Of a DNA stretch of 64,000 bases, positions 47,729 to 58,689 are shown piece after piece. Under the pieces are notes generated by a model. The model made no database searches, was not told the origin of the DNA, and saw only the letters and a program-made list of their open reading frames with translations. Positions within the stretch are counted from its first letter, which is position 1. Every line of letters starts with the position of its first letter. Source of the stretch: Candidatus Parcubacteria bacterium (GTDB lineage Bacteria; Patescibacteriota; Minisyncoccia; Phycocordibacterales; JAACPR01); contig JAACPR010000003.1 of the NCBI GenBank assembly GCA_009995365.1, positions 405 to 64,404 on the forward strand, in the 5' to 3' direction. Made by a program: the position numbers and the translations under genes.

Positions 47729-49912
47729 TTATTCAAAATGTATTTCTCTTTTGTTTTTAAGTTTATTTTGTAGAGTAGGGTATTTATCAAGAGGTTTTTT
47801 CTTTTTAAATTCTTTCTTAATTAACTTGCCCGCTTCATCTCTAGCGGCCTCAACCATTTTGATATTTTTGATAGCTTCCATACCTAAATCGCTGATACCC
47901 CACTGTTTGTTGCCAGAGAGCTCACCAGAGCCACGCAATTGTAGATCATGTTCTGATAGCTCAAAGCCATTTTTTGAGGTTTTAAGAGCTAATAGGCGGT
48001 CGATAGTTTTCTGGGTATTTGATTCCGTGAAAATATAACAATACGCCTGATGATTACTACGAATAACACGACCTCTCAATTGGTGAAGTTGCGCCAAGCC
48101 AAACCTTTCGGCGCCTTCGATGATAATCATTGTGGCATTTGGAACATTGACTCCGACTTCGATAACAGAAGTAGAAACTAAGATATCTATTTTCCCATCT
48201 TCAAATTCTTTCATTACAGAATCTTTCTCTGTCGGCTTCATTTTCCCATGGATTATCCCGATTTTGAATTCTGGAAAAATCTTTTCTTGGAGATACTTCG
48301 CCTCTGTTTTGACGGACTTAACATTTAGGGTGTTTTGCTTGTCAGGATCTGGCTCATCAATGCGAGGACAAATCACATAAGCTTGTCGACCGTTATTAAT
48401 TTCTTTTCGAATGTTGTCGTATGTTTTCTCTCTTTCATTTTTTAAAACTATATCAGTGATAACCGGCTTTCTCCCAAGAGGCATTTGATCAATCAAGGTC
48501 AAATCGAGGTCTCCGTAAATTGTCAGAGCAAGAGTTCGAGGAATTGGAGTAGCGGTCATAGAAAGCAGGTGTGGTGCAAAATTATCTTTTTTGGCAAGTT
48601 TTTTCCTTTGTTCTGTCCCAAAGCGATGTTGCTCGTCGATTATGACAAGCGCCAAATTTTTAAACTTAACAGTTTTTTGAATCAGAGAATGAGTTCCAAT
48701 TAGAATTGGAATTTGCCCGTCTTCAATCCATTTCAATAATTGTGCACGAGAAATTTTAGTAGCCTCGGTCGGGGAGACTTTTGAAGGAAATTTGTAGCAG
48801 CCAGAGCTTGTCATTAAACCGATTTGAACACCGGTGTATTCAAAATATTTAACAAAGTTTTCGAAATGTTGTTTAGCTAAAATTTCTGTTGGTACCATAT
48901 AAGCCGTCTGGAGTTTGCCATGTTTATGGTCCTTTGGGTTGGTTTTTGTTACCGCATAAACTGCAGACGCAGCAACGGCAGTTTTTCCAGAACCCACGTC
49001 TCCTTCGAGCAGGCGAGACATTGGTTCGGGAGTTTGGATATCTTTTAAAATCGCATCAACGGCTTCTTGTTGTGAATCAGTCAGTTGAAAAGGAAATCGG
49101 CCGATAAAATCATTAATTGATTCTTTGGCGTCGCTGATAATGTATGAATCCAGTTTTTTAGCTTGTTGTCTTTGAATTTGTTTTTTAAGTTGAATGTAGA
49201 AAATTTCCTCAAAGGCGAATCTTTTTCTAGCAGACAAGGCATCTCTCTCTTTTCTGGGGGAATGAATCCAAATCAATGCAGTTTTTAGATGTGGCAAGTG
49301 ATACTTTTCCAATATTTCTTCTGGGATTGGATCCTTCAAATTTTCAAATAAATTTTCTTCACCACTAGAGCCTTTGATAATTTTTTGAATTGTGTGGTAA
49401 ATCCAATTTGAACTAATACCTTTTGATTCTTTGTAAACAGGGGAAAGAAAATCATCATCAATCTCTGATGAGAAAAGCGAATCAGAAGAGCCGACCTGAA
49501 TAGAATCAACCTTTTCAATTTTAGGATTATTGATGGTTATGTTGCCAGATTTTGTTTCGCCAATTTCACCAGTGACGCAAACTAGATCTTCTGGTGAAAA
49601 CATTTTGGCGATATAGGGTTGGTTAAACCAAATAGCTTTGATTTTTCCTGTGTCGTCCTCGATGATTGCTTCTGAGATTGCGACTTTGCTGTGGTAAGTT
49701 TTTTTGAGGTCGATTTTTTGAATTTTTCCGTAAACAGTTGCACCGGTTTTTGGAACTAGATTTTTAATTTTAACAACATCAAATTTTTCTCCGTAGCGTG
49801 TAGGGAAATGATAGAGTAAGTCTTCGATAGTTTCTATTTTTAGCCGCTCGAGTGCCTTTCTTTGCGATTCTGCGGTGCGAAATTTCTCTGTTACTTTGTC
49901 AGTTAGTTTCAT
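47729..49912 (-). CDS. recG: ATP-dependent DNA helicase RecG
   Basis: LEGDVGSGKT, DEQHRFG, MTATPIPRTL and GLAQLHQLRGRV. Confidence 0.96.
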   Translation of the reverse strand: MKLTDKVTEKFRTAESQRKALERLKIETIEDLLYHFPTRYGEKFDVVKIKNLVPKTGATVYGKIQKIDLKKTYHSKVAISEAIIEDDTGKIKAIWFNQPYIAKMFSPEDLVCVTGEIGETKSGNITINNPKIEKVDSIQVGSSDSLFSSEIDDDFLSPVYKESKGISSNWIYHTIQKIIKGSSGEENLFENLKDPIPEEILEKYHLPHLKTALIWIHSPRKERDALSARKRFAFEEIFYIQLKKQIQRQQAKKLDSYIISDAKESINDFIGRFPFQLTDSQQEAVDAILKDIQTPEPMSRLLEGDVGSGKTAVAASAVYAVTKTNPKDHKHGKLQTAYMVPTEILAKQHFENFVKYFEYTGVQIGLMTSSGCYKFPSKVSPTEATKISRAQLLKWIEDGQIPILIGTHSLIQKTVKFKNLALVIIDEQHRFGTEQRKKLAKKDNFAPHLLSMTATPIPRTLALTIYGDLDLTLIDQMPLGRKPVITDIVLKNEREKTYDNIRKEINNGRQAYVICPRIDEPDPDKQNTLNVKSVKTEAKYLQEKIFPEFKIGIIHGKMKPTEKDSVMKEFEDGKIDILVSTSVIEVGVNVPNATMIIIEGAERFGLAQLHQLRGRVIRSNHQAYCYIFTESNTQKTIDRLLALKTSKNGFELSEHDLQLRGSGELSGNKQWGISDLGMEAIKNIKMVEAARDEAGKLIKKEFKKKKPLDKYPTLQNKLKNKREIHFE

Positions 49913-50029
49913 AACATGATTATAGCATTTCATTAATCTTGCACAGAATTAGTTGATTTATATTAAAAATTGACTAATATCAAATATAGACTAATTCTGG
50001 TCTTTTTAATTTAAAAAGAAAGGAAATCA

Positions 50030-50749
50030 ATGAAAATACTATTATTTGGATGCGGGCCGATGGCTGATGCTGTGGCTGATTTATGCTCTAAAAAAGAAGT
50101 TACCTGTATCAGAAATTTCTTTGATAAAGAAAATCATGATTCAGTCAATGTTCATGATACGGTCGCTATTTATTTTGGTAGCGGACGTGAACTTCCTAGA
50201 CTTATTGAATTTTCTCAAAAGTCTAAGATACCGATTATTCAAGGTTCCAGTTACCCTGACGCTATTAAACACATGAACGAAGCAAAAGGGGTTGCAATTG
50301 TGCATGCTCCGAATCTTTCGATTCCTGTTGTAAAGTTTATGTCGTTGTTTCGTGAACAGGTAAAAGTTTTGAGTGATTTCATGGATCTATCAATCTTGGA
50401 ATCACATCAAAAAGCTAAAAAGGATGTTTCCAAAACCGCTCGGGAAATGGCCGATATGGCTGGACTGAATCATGAATACATCGAATCAATTCGTGATCCT
50501 GAAGAGCAAGTCGAATTGCTCGGTGTTCCAAAAGAGCATCTGGGCGGACACGCCTACCACTTCTTCAATTTTGAAGGAATGGGGGTCAAGATTCAGACTT
50601 CAATCATGATTCATGGTCGAGAAACTTACGCTCTCGGGTCGTTATTGTTAGCTGCCGGGCTTCTCGAAAGAGGAATCTTGCTAGATTTTCAAGATGGCCC
50701 TGTAAAGTTTGTAGATATTCCTGATTCATTTTATTTGAATCGTGGATAA
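50030..50749 (+). CDS. Dihydrodipicolinate reductase (DapB)-like protein, divergent
   Basis: N-terminal GCGPMA, APNLS and ILESHQKAKKDVSKTA, which resembles EXHHXXKXDAPSGTA. Confidence 0.7.
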   Translation: MKILLFGCGPMADAVADLCSKKEVTCIRNFFDKENHDSVNVHDTVAIYFGSGRELPRLIEFSQKSKIPIIQGSSYPDAIKHMNEAKGVAIVHAPNLSIPVVKFMSLFREQVKVLSDFMDLSILESHQKAKKDVSKTAREMADMAGLNHEYIESIRDPEEQVELLGVPKEHLGGHAYHFFNFEGMGVKIQTSIMIHGRETYALGSLLLAAGLLERGILLDFQDGPVKFVDIPDSFYLNRG

Positions 50750-50831
50750 TCAAAAAAACTTTTCTTTAAACAAAATCGCGCATTTCGGTGCGCGATTTTT
50801 TGTATATTTTCTCTTGCTAGTATAATTAATT

Positions 50832-51440
50832 CTATTTATTTTTCAGAATTTCAGTTGCTGGTATAAGCAGATTAGAAGTATCAACACTAGATATTTTTTG
50901 CGCCGGTATTCCTGCTATGGCGATATTTTCCTCATCAAAAGATTTATTTACCACTGAATTTGCACCGATTGCTATACCGTTAGCAATTGATATATCTCCA
51001 TACATTTTTACTCCTGGTCCGATGTAACAATTATCGCCAATAATTGGTGCTCGGTCTTTGTATCCTGCTTCGGTTCCAATATTTACACATGTGTGCAATC
51101 TGCAATTCGATCCAATTTTTGTGCCTTCATTTATTATAATAGTTCCGTAGTGAGCAATAGACAAGCCAGGGCCAATTGTATTAGTTGGAATTGTAAAACC
51201 TAATTTAAGCGACAACCTCTTGAATCTTTTATAGGTAATAAATTTTTGTATAAGTGATATTTTTCCTTTTTTACAATTTTTATAATATTCTAGTTTTCTT
51301 AAAGTCTTTTGAAATTCCCAAACATGATTAGGTAAGAAAAAATCTTTTAATGCAGACTTAATACCGGACTTTTTTGGAAGTGCATTAGCAATCCTATCCG
51401 CCTCTAAATAATATTTGTAATCTTCTTTGGAATTTATCAT
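50832..51440 (-). CDS. Serine-acetyltransferase-like hexapeptide acyltransferase
   Basis: IGPGLSIAHYG, APIIGDNCYIGPG, IGANSVV and AGIPA. Confidence 0.85.
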   Translation of the reverse strand: MINSKEDYKYYLEADRIANALPKKSGIKSALKDFFLPNHVWEFQKTLRKLEYYKNCKKGKISLIQKFITYKRFKRLSLKLGFTIPTNTIGPGLSIAHYGTIIINEGTKIGSNCRLHTCVNIGTEAGYKDRAPIIGDNCYIGPGVKMYGDISIANGIAIGANSVVNKSFDEENIAIAGIPAQKISSVDTSNLLIPATEILKNK

Positions 51441-51557
51441 GTCTATATTTTAACTTAAATTAATCAATTCAAAAGCGCTCTAATTTTTTAACTTAAGTCC
51501 AATTATTAAATTTGCAAAAAAACGCAGAAGAAATAATATAATGATTGGATTATAAAA

Positions 51558-53096
51558 ATGATACAAATCAAAAATATCTCAAAAGAATACGGAACAAAAG
51601 AAGTTTTCTCAGGTATTTCATTCACAATCGACAAAAGAGAGAAGATTGCACTGGTTGGTAGAAACGGATCAGGGAAGACAACTCTTATGAAAATTATAGC
51701 TGGAATTGAAGAACAGGATTCCGGCGATGTTTCTATTCCTAAAAATATTAAATTAGCATACTCATCTCAAGTTATAGAACTAAAAAATAAAAATCAAAAA
51801 ACTATAGATTATATAAAAGAAAACATAAATGATGTTCAAGAAAATGAAATATATAAGCTCATTAAGATATTTAAATTGGAAGACAATATTTTAAATTTTT
51901 CTCTTTCAAAATTGAGCGGTGGCCAAAAAACAAAAGTTTCACTATTAAAGATTCTCTTGAGTGATACCGATTTCATTTTAATGGATGAACCAACAAACAA
52001 TTTAGATTTAGATTCGTTAATATGTTTAGAAAATTTTGTTAAGAAAAGTAATGCTGGCTTTCTAATAATTTCACACGATAGAAGATTTTTAGATAATACA
52101 GTTTCAAAAGTTATGGAATTAAAAGACGGGGAAATAAATATAGAAAAAGGTTCATATAGTGATTACTTGAAAAGATCGGAAGAAAAAATAAATCGACATA
52201 AATTAGAATATGAATCTCAACAGGAAAAAATAGAAGAACTTCAAAATACAGCAGATCAGAAAAAAGTTGATGCAACAAAGGGCGCTAAATACGCAGGAAC
52301 AGATAATGATAAAATGCTGAGAAATTTTAAAAGAGAACAGTCAAAAGGATCTGCAAAAGAAGCAAAGAGAATTGAGAAAAGAATTGATAAAATGGATTTG
52401 GTTGATGAGCCAGAAAAACAGTCTAGTTTAAAAATAGAAATAGATAGTAGCGATTATAATGGAAATAATTCTATAGTCGCTAGAGATTTATTTGTTGGGT
52501 ATGAAGATTTCAAAGCTGGACCTTTTAATTTTGATATTAATTTTGGAGATAAAATCTGTTTTATAGGAGATAATGGAACAGGAAAAACGACATTACTTAG
52601 AACAATTATAGGTGAGATAAAGCCAGTCGAAGGTGAAATTAATGTTGGCTCTAAAATTAAGTTTGGGAACTTGACTCAAGAACATGAAAACTTACCAGGT
52701 GATAAAACTTTATTTGATTTTATTAAAGAAAAAACTGACAAAGATGACAGCTTGATTTTCAATGTTTTAAAAAAGTTTAATTTTTCTGAAGATCAGATTA
52801 AAAAGAAAATCGAAACTTTAAGTCCGGGAGAGAAAACTAGGTTATTGCTAGCTTTGTTTACCGAGCAATCTGTAAATACATTGATTTTGGATGAGCCATC
52901 TAACCATTTAGATTTAGAAGCGTTGTCTGCGGTAGAAGAAGCCGTGATTAATTATGAAGGGACAGTAATAATTGTTTCTCATGATAGATATTTAATTGAG
53001 AAGATTAATCCAGAAAATATTTACAAAGTTTCAAAAAGCGGATTGAGTAGGGTTTTAGATTATCAGGGATATATTAACGATTTGAAAATAATTTAA
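51558..53096 (+). CDS. ABC-F family ATPase
   Basis: Two ABC domains (GRNGSGKT/LSGGQ/DEPTNNLD and GDNGTGKT/LSPGE/DEPSNHLD) with no TM segments. Confidence 0.92.
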   Translation: MIQIKNISKEYGTKEVFSGISFTIDKREKIALVGRNGSGKTTLMKIIAGIEEQDSGDVSIPKNIKLAYSSQVIELKNKNQKTIDYIKENINDVQENEIYKLIKIFKLEDNILNFSLSKLSGGQKTKVSLLKILLSDTDFILMDEPTNNLDLDSLICLENFVKKSNAGFLIISHDRRFLDNTVSKVMELKDGEINIEKGSYSDYLKRSEEKINRHKLEYESQQEKIEELQNTADQKKVDATKGAKYAGTDNDKMLRNFKREQSKGSAKEAKRIEKRIDKMDLVDEPEKQSSLKIEIDSSDYNGNNSIVARDLFVGYEDFKAGPFNFDINFGDKICFIGDNGTGKTTLLRTIIGEIKPVEGEINVGSKIKFGNLTQEHENLPGDKTLFDFIKEKTDKDDSLIFNVLKKFNFSEDQIKKKIETLSPGEKTRLLLALFTEQSVNTLILDEPSNHLDLEALSAVEEAVINYEGTVIIVSHDRYLIEKINPENIYKVSKSGLSRVLDYQGYINDLKII

Positions 53097-53275
53097 AATA
53101 TATTTTTTTATATTTGAGTGGTTAGGGTCACTCCGATATTAAATTTTCACTGCGGTGTACTCGGGTATGGTACCCCACACTCCAAGCCTTGTAAGGGTAT
53201 TTTAGCATATTTCTGAAAGTGAAAATAAGGTTTGTGGGTCGGGAGTATATTTTTGTAAATGCTACAAATGAGACA

Positions 53276-54025
53276 CTAAAGAGGCTTCCCAGACACTGTC
53301 TCATTTACATCAAATTTCATTACAGTCATACGCTCAAGCTTTGTGCCTGCTTCTGGCAAGGCTTCTCTACGCTCCATATCAAAGATGAATCGTACGAACA
53401 GGTATACAAAGTCGAATGCCATAAACTCTCTCCCTTGCTCGTCCTTGAGCGGATAATAGCTGACTCGTGGGTTTTCTGATTTTTCGTTACTGCCCATGAG
53501 TATATAACCACTGAAATCTTTTTTACCGAGGATAATATCTCGCACCTCATCAAACCGTGGCGACAGGACAAAATCTCGTCCGTGATCAAGACACACTAAT
53601 TCATACCCAATTTTATACAAAGACCTCGCAAGAAGTTTTAATCGTTTCGCATCCATTTTTCTTGTACCACGAAAATCTAGTTTGAAACCTGTATCACTTT
53701 GATCTCGTACATGCTTCATAGTTTGAAGATGTATTTGGACGTGATCCTTGTCAGGGTTTTCTATTTTTAGATTTGGGAAATTGGCGACAGGAACTTTCCC
53801 TGATTTGCTTTCAATGCCATTCATGGTTCTCATGAATTTAATTCCCTCAAAATCAAGAAGTTCTGCATCAAGTTTTGATAATGTCTCGTTATTACAAGTA
53901 TCACAAACAAATCCTTTATCTAAAATCTTCTCTTTGTTACCGAGTGATTCAGGAAAAATATGCTCAACACTATTGAATGAGTTGGTTGTGCTTTTACAAA
54001 AGATACATTCTTGAATCGTTCCCAT
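53276..54025 (-). CDS. HNH endonuclease domain protein
   Basis: CIFC...EHIFPESLG...VCDTCNN. Confidence 0.85.
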   Translation of the reverse strand: MGTIQECIFCKSTTNSFNSVEHIFPESLGNKEKILDKGFVCDTCNNETLSKLDAELLDFEGIKFMRTMNGIESKSGKVPVANFPNLKIENPDKDHVQIHLQTMKHVRDQSDTGFKLDFRGTRKMDAKRLKLLARSLYKIGYELVCLDHGRDFVLSPRFDEVRDIILGKKDFSGYILMGSNEKSENPRVSYYPLKDEQGREFMAFDFVYLFVRFIFDMERREALPEAGTKLERMTVMKFDVNETVSGKPL

Positions 54026-54057
54026 ACGTACATTATATCTCGTATTTAAGGTAAAAT

Positions 54058-54669
54058 ATGCATATGAAGCGTAAGAAGCCAGAATTCATATATCCATTTA
54101 AAGACAAGGAACATGAGGAGTCATGTAAATTTATTGATATACGAAGAATGAATATGGTTTCTGACCGTAACTCAAAAGTTGAGCTTACCGAAACGGTATA
54201 CACTGGCGGATATCGAAAGGTTGAGTTGAAAGAAACAATCTACATCAAAAAAGGTAACGGTCAAAAACTTGGAGAATTACTTTACCTGCGACCCTACGAC
54301 CAGATGCGTATAAAAAAGTTAATTGATTTTGTGGTGTACATAAACAAGGATGGTGAAATGTTCCTAACGAGAAAAGATTACGCAAAAGAACCTCTCGATT
54401 TCACACCTGACCAACGAGCAATCATTAGATTATTTTACGAAAGAAAAAATGTAACTCTTGAAGATGCAGTATCTATTTTAGGGACTTACAAAAATACAGA
54501 GTCGCTAAGAGTAACCATACGAAAAATAAATCGTCGTGTTGTTGGACATTTTAAACTTACCGAACGAGATGAATTTATTAAAGGAGATTTTGATAGAAAA
54601 AGAAAAGGATACGCTTTCAACCCAGACATTAGACTTGAATTCATAGACGACAGAGTGCTCGGCGAATAA
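54058..54669 (+). CDS. Hypothetical protein with probable C-terminal winged HTH
   Basis: FTPDQRAIIRLF...ESLRVTIRKINRR...KGYAFN; terminator at 54690-54716. Confidence 0.55.
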   Translation: MHMKRKKPEFIYPFKDKEHEESCKFIDIRRMNMVSDRNSKVELTETVYTGGYRKVELKETIYIKKGNGQKLGELLYLRPYDQMRIKKLIDFVVYINKDGEMFLTRKDYAKEPLDFTPDQRAIIRLFYERKNVTLEDAVSILGTYKNTESLRVTIRKINRRVVGHFKLTERDEFIKGDFDRKRKGYAFNPDIRLEFIDDRVLGE

Positions 54670-54818
54670 GTGGAGTGGAAAAGTTTATAAAAAAGCCCGC
54701 AAATACGGGCTTTTTTAGTATTTATATCCCTCAAAGTTACAGATTACAGCTTCTTTTTTAAGATCTATGCTCAATGCAGATATACACATATCTACATTAT
54801 CAACTAACCAATATAACT

Positions 54819-56096
54819 ATGAGTAAAAAATTAGTTTGGCATACGGAGAAACGTAAAGTGAAGGATTTGATTCGATACGAAAAGAATCCTCGAATACTAT
54901 CCCCGACACAACTTGAAGGACTCAAGCGGAGTCTTAAAAAGTTTGATCTGGCAGAATTGCCCTGCATCAACACAGATGGCACTTTAGTCGCTGGTAACCA
55001 GCGAGTGATGGTTCTGTCTCTTCTTGGTCGAGAGGATGAGGAGATTGAAGTGAGAGTCCCAAATAGACCACTTTCGGAAAAGGAATTTAAAGACTACCTA
55101 CTTACCTCAAATCGAAGTGGTGCATCTTGGGATTTTGAAAAACTTGCAAGAGATTTTGATCTCGATGAACTCCTTACTGCGGGTTTTGATTCATTTGATC
55201 TTTCAAATATTTTTGATGACAACCTCGAAGTAGATGACGATGATATTGATCTTGAAAAAGAACTCAAAGAAGCTCAAAAAACAGACATAAAATTGGGTGA
55301 CAAATTTTCACTCGGCAATCACGTTTTAATCTGTGGAGATAGTACTAAAAAAGAAACGGTTACTGAGCTAGTAGGTTCTGAGCGGATAGATCTAATCAAT
55401 ATAGATTTTCCATACAACATAGGCGTAGATTACTCGGCAGGATTAGGGGGTAAGCAAAATTACGGAGGAACTATTAATGATAAAAAATCAGATGCTGAAT
55501 ATAAGGAGTTTCTTGCAAGCATCTTAAAAAATGCACTAGAGATATCGAAGAACGACTGCCACGCTTTTGCATGGCTTGATGAAAAATATCTTGGAACGAT
55601 GCAAGATGTTTTCAAGACGGTCGGTATTGATTTCAAACGACTTTGCCTATGGGCAAAATCACAGCATAACCCAACTCCAAAAATTGCCTTTAATCGTGCT
55701 GTGGAACTATGTATGTATGGCGTGCGAGGAAAGCCTTATCTTTCCGACAAGATAAAGAATCTCACTGAGTTTCAAAACAAAGAGATATCTTCAGGAAATA
55801 GACTGATTGAAGATGTGTTGGACATGTTCCAGATATGGCTTGTGAAAAGATTACCGAGTTCCCAATACCTTCACCCTACTATGAAGCCTCCGACCCTATA
55901 CGAAAAAAGTATCAGGCGATGCAGTAAGCCCGGCGATGCAATTCTTGACCTGACAGCAGGGTCAGGGAGTCTTCTCGTGGCTTGTGAATCCCTCAAACGT
56001 CGAGCATTCCTTGCAGAGATCGAGCCAGTTTTTTGTCAGGTAATTATTAATAGATTTAAGAATATATCCGATGAAAAAGTCACCAAACTCAATTAA
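54819..56096 (+). CDS. ParB-like N-terminus plus DNA amino-methyltransferase
   Basis: YEKNPR/VAGNQR (ParB-like), DFPY (a DPPY variant), HPTMKP and LDLTAGSGS. Start set at MSKKLVW. Confidence 0.85.
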   Translation: MSKKLVWHTEKRKVKDLIRYEKNPRILSPTQLEGLKRSLKKFDLAELPCINTDGTLVAGNQRVMVLSLLGREDEEIEVRVPNRPLSEKEFKDYLLTSNRSGASWDFEKLARDFDLDELLTAGFDSFDLSNIFDDNLEVDDDDIDLEKELKEAQKTDIKLGDKFSLGNHVLICGDSTKKETVTELVGSERIDLINIDFPYNIGVDYSAGLGGKQNYGGTINDKKSDAEYKEFLASILKNALEISKNDCHAFAWLDEKYLGTMQDVFKTVGIDFKRLCLWAKSQHNPTPKIAFNRAVELCMYGVRGKPYLSDKIKNLTEFQNKEISSGNRLIEDVLDMFQIWLVKRLPSSQYLHPTMKPPTLYEKSIRRCSKPGDAILDLTAGSGSLLVACESLKRRAFLAEIEPVFCQVIINRFKNISDEKVTKLN

Positions 56097-56829
56097 ATAC
56101 GGGGATACATTTCAATTAGGATCGCACCTCTTGTTATGTGCAGACTCTCGCAACAAAGACATGGTCGCAAAGCTTGTTGGCAAGCATAAGATAAAGGCAG
56201 TGATATCAGACCCTCCCTACGGAGTGGCAGTAACTGAAAGCAAAGAAGGATTCAAAACACTCGCCAAGAATAAGCCAATCTTAAATGACCACCTACAAAG
56301 TGATCAGGAGTATAAAACTTTTTCTCGTGACTGGGTTGAAGCAATTCGACCACATCTTGATCGTAAGAATAGTTTTTATATCTTCAATTCAGACAAGATG
56401 ATATTTGCTCTTCGTGACGGAATGCACGATGCAGGATTAAAATTTGCACAACTACTTATCTGGGTAAAAACACATGCTGTTATTGGTCGAATGGATTACG
56501 CACCACAACACGAACTTATTGCTTATGGGTGGCATGGGACACATGAGTTCTTGAAATCAAAAGACAAGAGTGTTTTAGTCTGCCCAAGACCAAACAAAAG
56601 CAAGATGCACCCTTCGACAAAGCCGATTGAGCTTATTCGTAGACTCGTACTAAACAGCACCCGAATCGGAGATGTGGTGTTTGATGGATTTCTTGGATCA
56701 GGCACGACACTACTAGCATGTGAGCAAACAAAGCGTATGTGCATCGGAGTCGAGATGGATACTGAGTACTGTCAAACAATCATTGATCGTTTTGAAAAAC
56801 TCACCAACATCAAAGCGAAAAAACTATGA
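56071..56829 (+). CDS. DNA N6/N4-methyltransferase (beta class)
   Basis: SDPPYG, HPSTKP and FDGFLGSGTT. Confidence 0.9.
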   Translation: MKKSPNSIKYGDTFQLGSHLLLCADSRNKDMVAKLVGKHKIKAVISDPPYGVAVTESKEGFKTLAKNKPILNDHLQSDQEYKTFSRDWVEAIRPHLDRKNSFYIFNSDKMIFALRDGMHDAGLKFAQLLIWVKTHAVIGRMDYAPQHELIAYGWHGTHEFLKSKDKSVLVCPRPNKSKMHPSTKPIELIRRLVLNSTRIGDVVFDGFLGSGTTLLACEQTKRMCIGVEMDTEYCQTIIDRFEKLTNIKAKKL

Positions 56830-57257
56830 GTAGAAAAGATTCAATCAATGAGCGTCAAAGCAAAATCAGGGATGCACTTCTTGATCAGTTAAGGCGTACG
56901 CCAACGCTTGAAACCTCTTGTCAGAAGGTTGGTATTTCTCGTGCGAGCGTGTATAGGTGGATTGCAGGCAGTAAGAAGTTTGAGCGACAAGTTGATGAAG
57001 CATTAAATGACGGACGGAAATTCATGTCTGATATCGCTGAAAACCAACTCTTCTCTCTCATTGGTGACAAAAAAATAGAAGCTATCCGTTTGTATCTCTC
57101 AACTCATAATCCTCGATACAGCAACAAGCTTGAACTATCAGGAAGTGTTGAGACAAAAGAGAAACCACTTACGAAAGAAGAGAAAAAGCACATCCGTGCC
57201 GCCCTCAAACTTTCATCACTACGCAAACATGCCAAGTTTAAAGATACAAAGGAATAG
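56826..57257 (+). CDS. Putative terminase small subunit (HTH)
   Basis: SCQKVGISRASVYRW HTH, AIRLYL and a position directly upstream of terL. Confidence 0.7.
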   Translation: MSRKDSINERQSKIRDALLDQLRRTPTLETSCQKVGISRASVYRWIAGSKKFERQVDEALNDGRKFMSDIAENQLFSLIGDKKIEAIRLYLSTHNPRYSNKLELSGSVETKEKPLTKEEKKHIRAALKLSSLRKHAKFKDTKE

Positions 57258-58689
57258 TGATGAGGATATCTTTGAGAAAATTCTTACAGATCAGGTCGTA
57301 AGAAAGCATACTGTACAAAATAGTTTTGAATTCTTCTTCCCGATATATTTTCATCAATACATGGAATATGAGACAGCACCCTTTCATGAGGAGATGTTTC
57401 GTATTCTTGAAGACGAGCAAATCAAGCTTGCGGTTTTTGTTGCATTCCGTGGATCAGCAAAATCAACCATCATCTCAACGGCATATGTCCTGTGGTCTAT
57501 TCTCGGAATTCAGCAACGAAAACTTATTGTCATTTGTGGTCAGACTGAACAGAAAGCACGGCAGTATCTTTTGAACATCAAGAGTCAACTTTTAAATAAC
57601 GAACTACTGAGAAAAGACCTCGGACCATTTGAAGAAGAAAAGAATAATCTCGGTAATGCCACTGCTCTTATTATCAAGCGACTCAATGTGAAGATAATGA
57701 TTAGCTCGGTTGAGCAAAGTATCCGTGGTATGCGACACGATCAATACAGACCAGACCTTATTATTCTTGATGACATCGAAGATACTAATTCAGTAAAAAC
57801 ACGAGCTGGGCGTGACAAGACATTTAATTGGCTTGTGAGTGAGGTTATTCCCGCAGGAACAAAGAAAACTCGCATTATTGCTGTGGGTAATCTTCTACAT
57901 GAAGATTCTGTATTGAAACGTCTGCAAAAGCGTATTGAAGGCGATGAAATGAGGCGTATCAAATCAGTCTATCGAGAATACCCAATCGTAGATGGAAAAG
58001 GTAATCCTTTGTGGCCCGGCAAGTATCCGACCATTGAAGACGTTGAGGCTGAAAGAGAAAAGACCATGAATGAGGTCGCATGGTTTCGTGAGTATATGCT
58101 CCAGATTATTACTACAGACGAGCAAATCGTATCTCCTGAATGGATCACATTTTATGACAAGATGCCTGCGGATGGATTCAGAAGTATCTGTATCGGTATT
58201 GATTTGGCGGTAAGTGAAAAAGATTCTGCTGATTGTACTGCTATTGTTGTTGCATATGTATACGGCACAGGAAAAAACATGAAAATCTATATTCAAAAAC
58301 ATCCCTACAACAAGAGAAGTTCATTTCCTGTACATGCAGAATTTATTAAAGCATTAGTAGCAACTGAAAAGTTAAAGCATAACCGAGTAAAGTTGTATGT
58401 TGAAGATGTTGGATATCAAAAGGCATTGATTCAATTCTTTGAAAGCCAAAAATATGACATTGAAGGGGTACCTACTGGTAGAAATGACAAAGGTGCACGA
58501 TTGCGACTTACAACTCCACTATTAAAGGATGGGAGGATTCTATTCCCTGAAAGTGGGTGTGAGGAATTAATTGATCAACTCCTTGGATTTGGAAAGGAAA
58601 AACACGATGATCTAGCTGACGCTTTTTCTATCGTGGTTCTTAAAATCATTGAGAACAATCCAGTTGCGGGTGGAATATTATTTGGTTAG
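57229..58689 (+). CDS. Phage terminase large subunit
   Basis: FRGSAKST Walker A, IILDDIED Walker B, IGIDLA, YVEDVGYQ and HDDLADA nuclease motifs; start set at ATG 57229. Confidence 0.88.
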   Translation: MPSLKIQRNSDEDIFEKILTDQVVRKHTVQNSFEFFFPIYFHQYMEYETAPFHEEMFRILEDEQIKLAVFVAFRGSAKSTIISTAYVLWSILGIQQRKLIVICGQTEQKARQYLLNIKSQLLNNELLRKDLGPFEEEKNNLGNATALIIKRLNVKIMISSVEQSIRGMRHDQYRPDLIILDDIEDTNSVKTRAGRDKTFNWLVSEVIPAGTKKTRIIAVGNLLHEDSVLKRLQKRIEGDEMRRIKSVYREYPIVDGKGNPLWPGKYPTIEDVEAEREKTMNEVAWFREYMLQIITTDEQIVSPEWITFYDKMPADGFRSICIGIDLAVSEKDSADCTAIVVAYVYGTGKNMKIYIQKHPYNKRSSFPVHAEFIKALVATEKLKHNRVKLYVEDVGYQKALIQFFESQKYDIEGVPTGRNDKGARLRLTTPLLKDGRILFPESGCEELIDQLLGFGKEKHDDLADAFSIVVLKIIENNPVAGGILFG

